Positions 60,731 to 64,000 of a stretch of DNA of 64,000 nucleotides are shown here, in pieces (position 1 is the stretch's first letter; every line of letters starts with the position of its first letter). Position numbers and translations under genes: made by a program. Under the pieces are notes generated by a model. The model was not told the origin of the DNA, made no database searches, and worked only from the letters and a program-made list of their open reading frames with translations. This stretch comes from Podarcis bocagei. Its lineage: Eukaryota. The stretch lies in assembly GCA_964188305.1 (NCBI GenBank), contig OZ076887.1, one strand, 5' to 3'.

Positions 60731-61186
60731 CAGCGGCGTAGCGTGAGTTGTCAGCACCTGGGGCAACGCAAGTAATTTGCGCCCCCTAACCCGGGGCAAG
60801 GCAAGTAATTTGCGCCCCCCCTAACCCCTAACCTGCGAGTTGCCGCTGGCGCTGCCACCCAAACGACGCCGCTTGCCCGGAGGAGGAGGGGGGCAGAGAG
60901 GCGAGGAAAATGCAACGGCCCAGCAGCTGCAGCAGCAGCAGCGGCGGAGGCGGGGCTGTGAGGAGGGGCTGCCTGGTGCGTCCTCCGCGGCGAGCGCTGA
61001 GAGCCGCTGCCTGCCGGGCGCCTTCAGCCCGGACGCGCGCACAGCTCGTCGGTTCCGCGAGACATGCGGCTCCGCTACAGCTTGCGCCCGAGGCTCTTCG
61101 GCGACTCCGGAGGCAGCGAGCGCGCCCCCCCAGATGTTGTGCCCGGTGCGGCCGGCACCCCTGGCACCCCCCACGCTACGCCACTG
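60731..61186. mobile_element. Young GC-rich non-autonomous hAT element
   Basis: 15-bp TIR CAGCGGCGTAGCGTG / CACGCTACGCCACTG (1 mismatch); perfect 8-bp TSD CAGCTATG. Confidence 0.93.
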
Positions 61187-63051
61187 CAGCTATGTGTTTC
61201 TGTGGTTCTCTGTGGCTTGGTTTTTGGAGATGTAGCATGCCTAAGTGTGTGTGTGTGTGTTTGTGTGTGTGCAAGACTGAAAAATATTCAGTGGAATAAA
61301 GAGCCTGCCCTGCCATCCTCTCCTTGCCCATCTGCACAGGCAGCTGAGATCATTAGCACGGTATAGATGCTTTGGGAATTATTCTGTTCTCCTGAGGCTA
61401 TTAGTGACTGCTGTATGCTAGTCATTTCTAAAGCCTCAGCCTCATCTTAAAAGGTTTGCTTTAGTATGCATAATATTCTGCTTGCAATCCACTGCCCTTT
61501 CTTTCTGCAGTGCTCTTGGTCTCACACCATGCTTGGCCCTGTATAGATAAATAGTACCGTCCTCCTCCTGCAAGTGCAAGGATTTAAATGTTGCCTCTTA
61601 TCCCTGCAGCAGTCTGCCTAGGTAGAAAATTCAGTAGAATGCACTGCATAATATAGGCATTGTTTTTCCTGCAGAAGTTGTAATTAGTCCCCAGCCACAG
61701 TCAGGGTGCAGACATTTACAAAGAACATGAATAACAAATCTTTCAACAGTCTTTAACTGTCAGAAGAAGACTTGCCTGTACTTTTCGGACAAATGTTTTA
61801 TGTCTGGTGCCAGACAATAAACAGGATTTGCTGGCCCTCACACCAGAAAAGTAACTATAGATGCCTCCTTAGGGACTCTGCAATAAAGGAGGCTATGGCA
61901 AGCAAGTACATTTTCTGTTTCTGTCCACAAGGTTTTACTGCAGAGCCCTAATTGGAGCAGAAATTGGCCTTAAATAACAGAGGTATGAGAAATGCTGACC
62001 TTTCCCCATTTATCTATGAGCTTGGCTTATGCTTTCCCTAGCTTTCAGGGATATTGTATTTGCTGCTGGCAAACCGTGTTTTGCATCCGTGTTATTTCTG
62101 TATCTGACATCGTATTGATATCCATGCTCCATAGGTTAGCCATTTATATATCTGTATGAGAATATATCTTGGGTAATGTAACCTTGGGCTTGGCAATGTC
62201 TGATTTACCTGCTCAAATATTAGCTATGAGAAACTTTGACATCCCCTATGGGTAAAACATATCACCTCGTGTATGGTTGAATTCTGTGAAATGGCTGGGC
62301 AAGGGACCTCTTCTTGTCACCTGCATGACACTTCCTGCATGGAGAAGCAACATGCCATAAGCACAGAGCAGTGGTAACTCCCCGACCACAGTACCTGCAG
62401 TCTCCAGGTGCAGCTTCTCTTTGTAGCACACTGCCATCTCACCTTGGTTTTTTGAAAAGTTGAAACACTGAATTACATGAGCCCTCACGGGAGAAGGTGC
62501 AACATTTAACTTTCCTGTGGCTGCAATCAGCACAGTAGGTCAAAGAATGTAGTGGAGGGTGTGCAAATTTGGACCTAGCTGGTTCAAGTTAGGCTCAGTG
62601 TTCAGAGAAGCTCTCTGGCTAACTTTGAAGAAAAATCCAACTTTGAATCAAACTTGAGGCACAAGATACACTGATAAATGTAGTAGAATATTCACAACAC
62701 ACTTGTACATTGAATAGAGAAGACAACTTCAGCAGCAAACAATGCTTACTGTGACATCAGTCATTTCCTACAAAGAAGTTCTTCCCTTGACTTCCTGTAC
62801 CTGCCCCACAGAAATTCAGTGCCAGGGCCCCCAGTCTCGATCCTATTATGTGGGCAGGCAGGGGGTGCTTTACTCCTTTACCATAGGTAAAGTGGTAAGT
62901 GTAGGTCAGATTCAATTTTTTACTTAACTGTCAAGATCTTTCTGAGCAGTCTGGGTCCAGTTGCTCTCAGACCAAAGCTGCTTGCTCTCAGACCAAAGCA
63001 GCCGAGGCACAAGCACACCACATAGACCCCTGTGCCCTTCACACAAATATA

Positions 63052-63277
63052 CAGTGGTACCTCAGGTTAAGTACTTAATTCGTTCCGGAGGTCCATTCTT
63101 AACCTGAAACTGTTCTTAACCTGAAGCACCACTTTAGCTAATGGGGCCTCCTGCAGCTGCCGCGCCGCTGGAGCCCGATTTCTGTTCTCATCCTGAAGCA
63201 AAGTTCTTAACCTGAAGCACTATTTCTGGGTTAGCGGAGTCTGTAACCTGAAGCATATGTAACCTGAGGTACCACTA
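63052..63277. mobile_element. Tc1/mariner (Tigger-like) MITE
   Basis: Homologous to 18364-18605; TA TSD. Confidence 0.92.
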
Positions 63278-64000
63278 TAGAAGCAAAGACCATCTGGGGG
63301 TTCTCTTCTGCTTTAGCACTAACCCGCCCTCCTAGTTTAATAACACTGGTGTGAATTTTCTGTAATCATTACAACAAACCAGTAGGTAGGGAAGTATTCT
63401 TGTACTGGAGGTGAGGGGTTGAGAGAAAAAGCTGTTTGCCTAAAACCATCGCTGAGAAGAGATTTGAGGCAGGACTTCACAGGTAGCAGAGAAGGATTGG
63501 CCTTTTGGTTACACACCCATTGGATGCAACCCATTGGAGAGAAATGTGAAGTCTGCTTTACATCTAGGGCTGAGCCAAAAATTGTGGGGCTAAGAGGCTA
63601 AAAGTAAAAGCAAAAACCATTCTTTTTCATGAGGTAAGAACAACCTTCTTCCAAACTGGGACAGGGCTTCCTGGGGGTAAGTGGTGGAAACTCTCCCCCT
63701 TTCCTTGTTAAAAAATATGTGCCCCCATCTCTCTAATTCTGTCTCTCTCATCCAACAACGCCTCTGGAATGAGGGTGTGTTAGGTTGTAGCATTATTTGA
63801 AATGAGTTATCATAGGAGAACATGGTGGGCCAGTGGTCCATTGAGAAATGGCCTGCCATGTCTAATAGCAGCAAAACTGCACTTTTAATCAGAAAAGGAG
63901 ATAAAGCCACCTACTCTCCATTCCAGACAATGCATATAATTTATCCCACTTACCTCTAAAAATAAGAGAATATGCCATCTCACTTTCTCAGCCAACAAAT

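Noticed and set aside
60821-61366. Overlapping GC-rich ORFs suggesting a gene start or native CpG island
   Set aside because: The GC-rich part lies within a TSD-bounded hAT element; the ORFs reflect stop-codon scarcity.
62961-62999. 18-bp direct repeat TTGCTCTCAGACCAAAGC
   Set aside because: Most simply an ordinary local tandem duplication.

Overview
Vertebrate nuclear DNA from a squamate reptile, most likely a lacertid lizard, judging by co-occurring Sauria SINEs, Bov-B/RTE LINEs, L2/CR1 LINEs, Penelope-like elements and many hAT and Tc1/mariner MITEs. No intact host gene is recognisable. The window looks like a long intron or gene desert with several AT-rich, homeobox-site-dense blocks resembling conserved non-coding elements, plus one weak candidate exon at 37.5 kb (minus strand). 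The only long ORF (13167-14555) is the reverse transcriptase of a 5'-truncated, young L2-clade LINE. The main observations are: (1) two minimal type-I hammerhead ribozymes in Penelope-like 3' ends; (2) a Sauria SINE at 60.2-60.6 kb containing a copy of ~45 bp of the 5' end and unique flank of another SINE 25 kb away, implying ectopic templated repair or transduction; (3) young hAT elements with perfect 8-bp TSDs carrying CpG-island/promoter-like interiors (candidate Pack-hATs); (4) a twin-primed, 5'-inverted RTE-X-like LINE; (5) a Bov-A-like internally deleted Bov-B; (6) an LTR-like family lacking evident TSDs and carrying a conserved hairpin. Family assignments come from motif recognition by eye, not from database searches.
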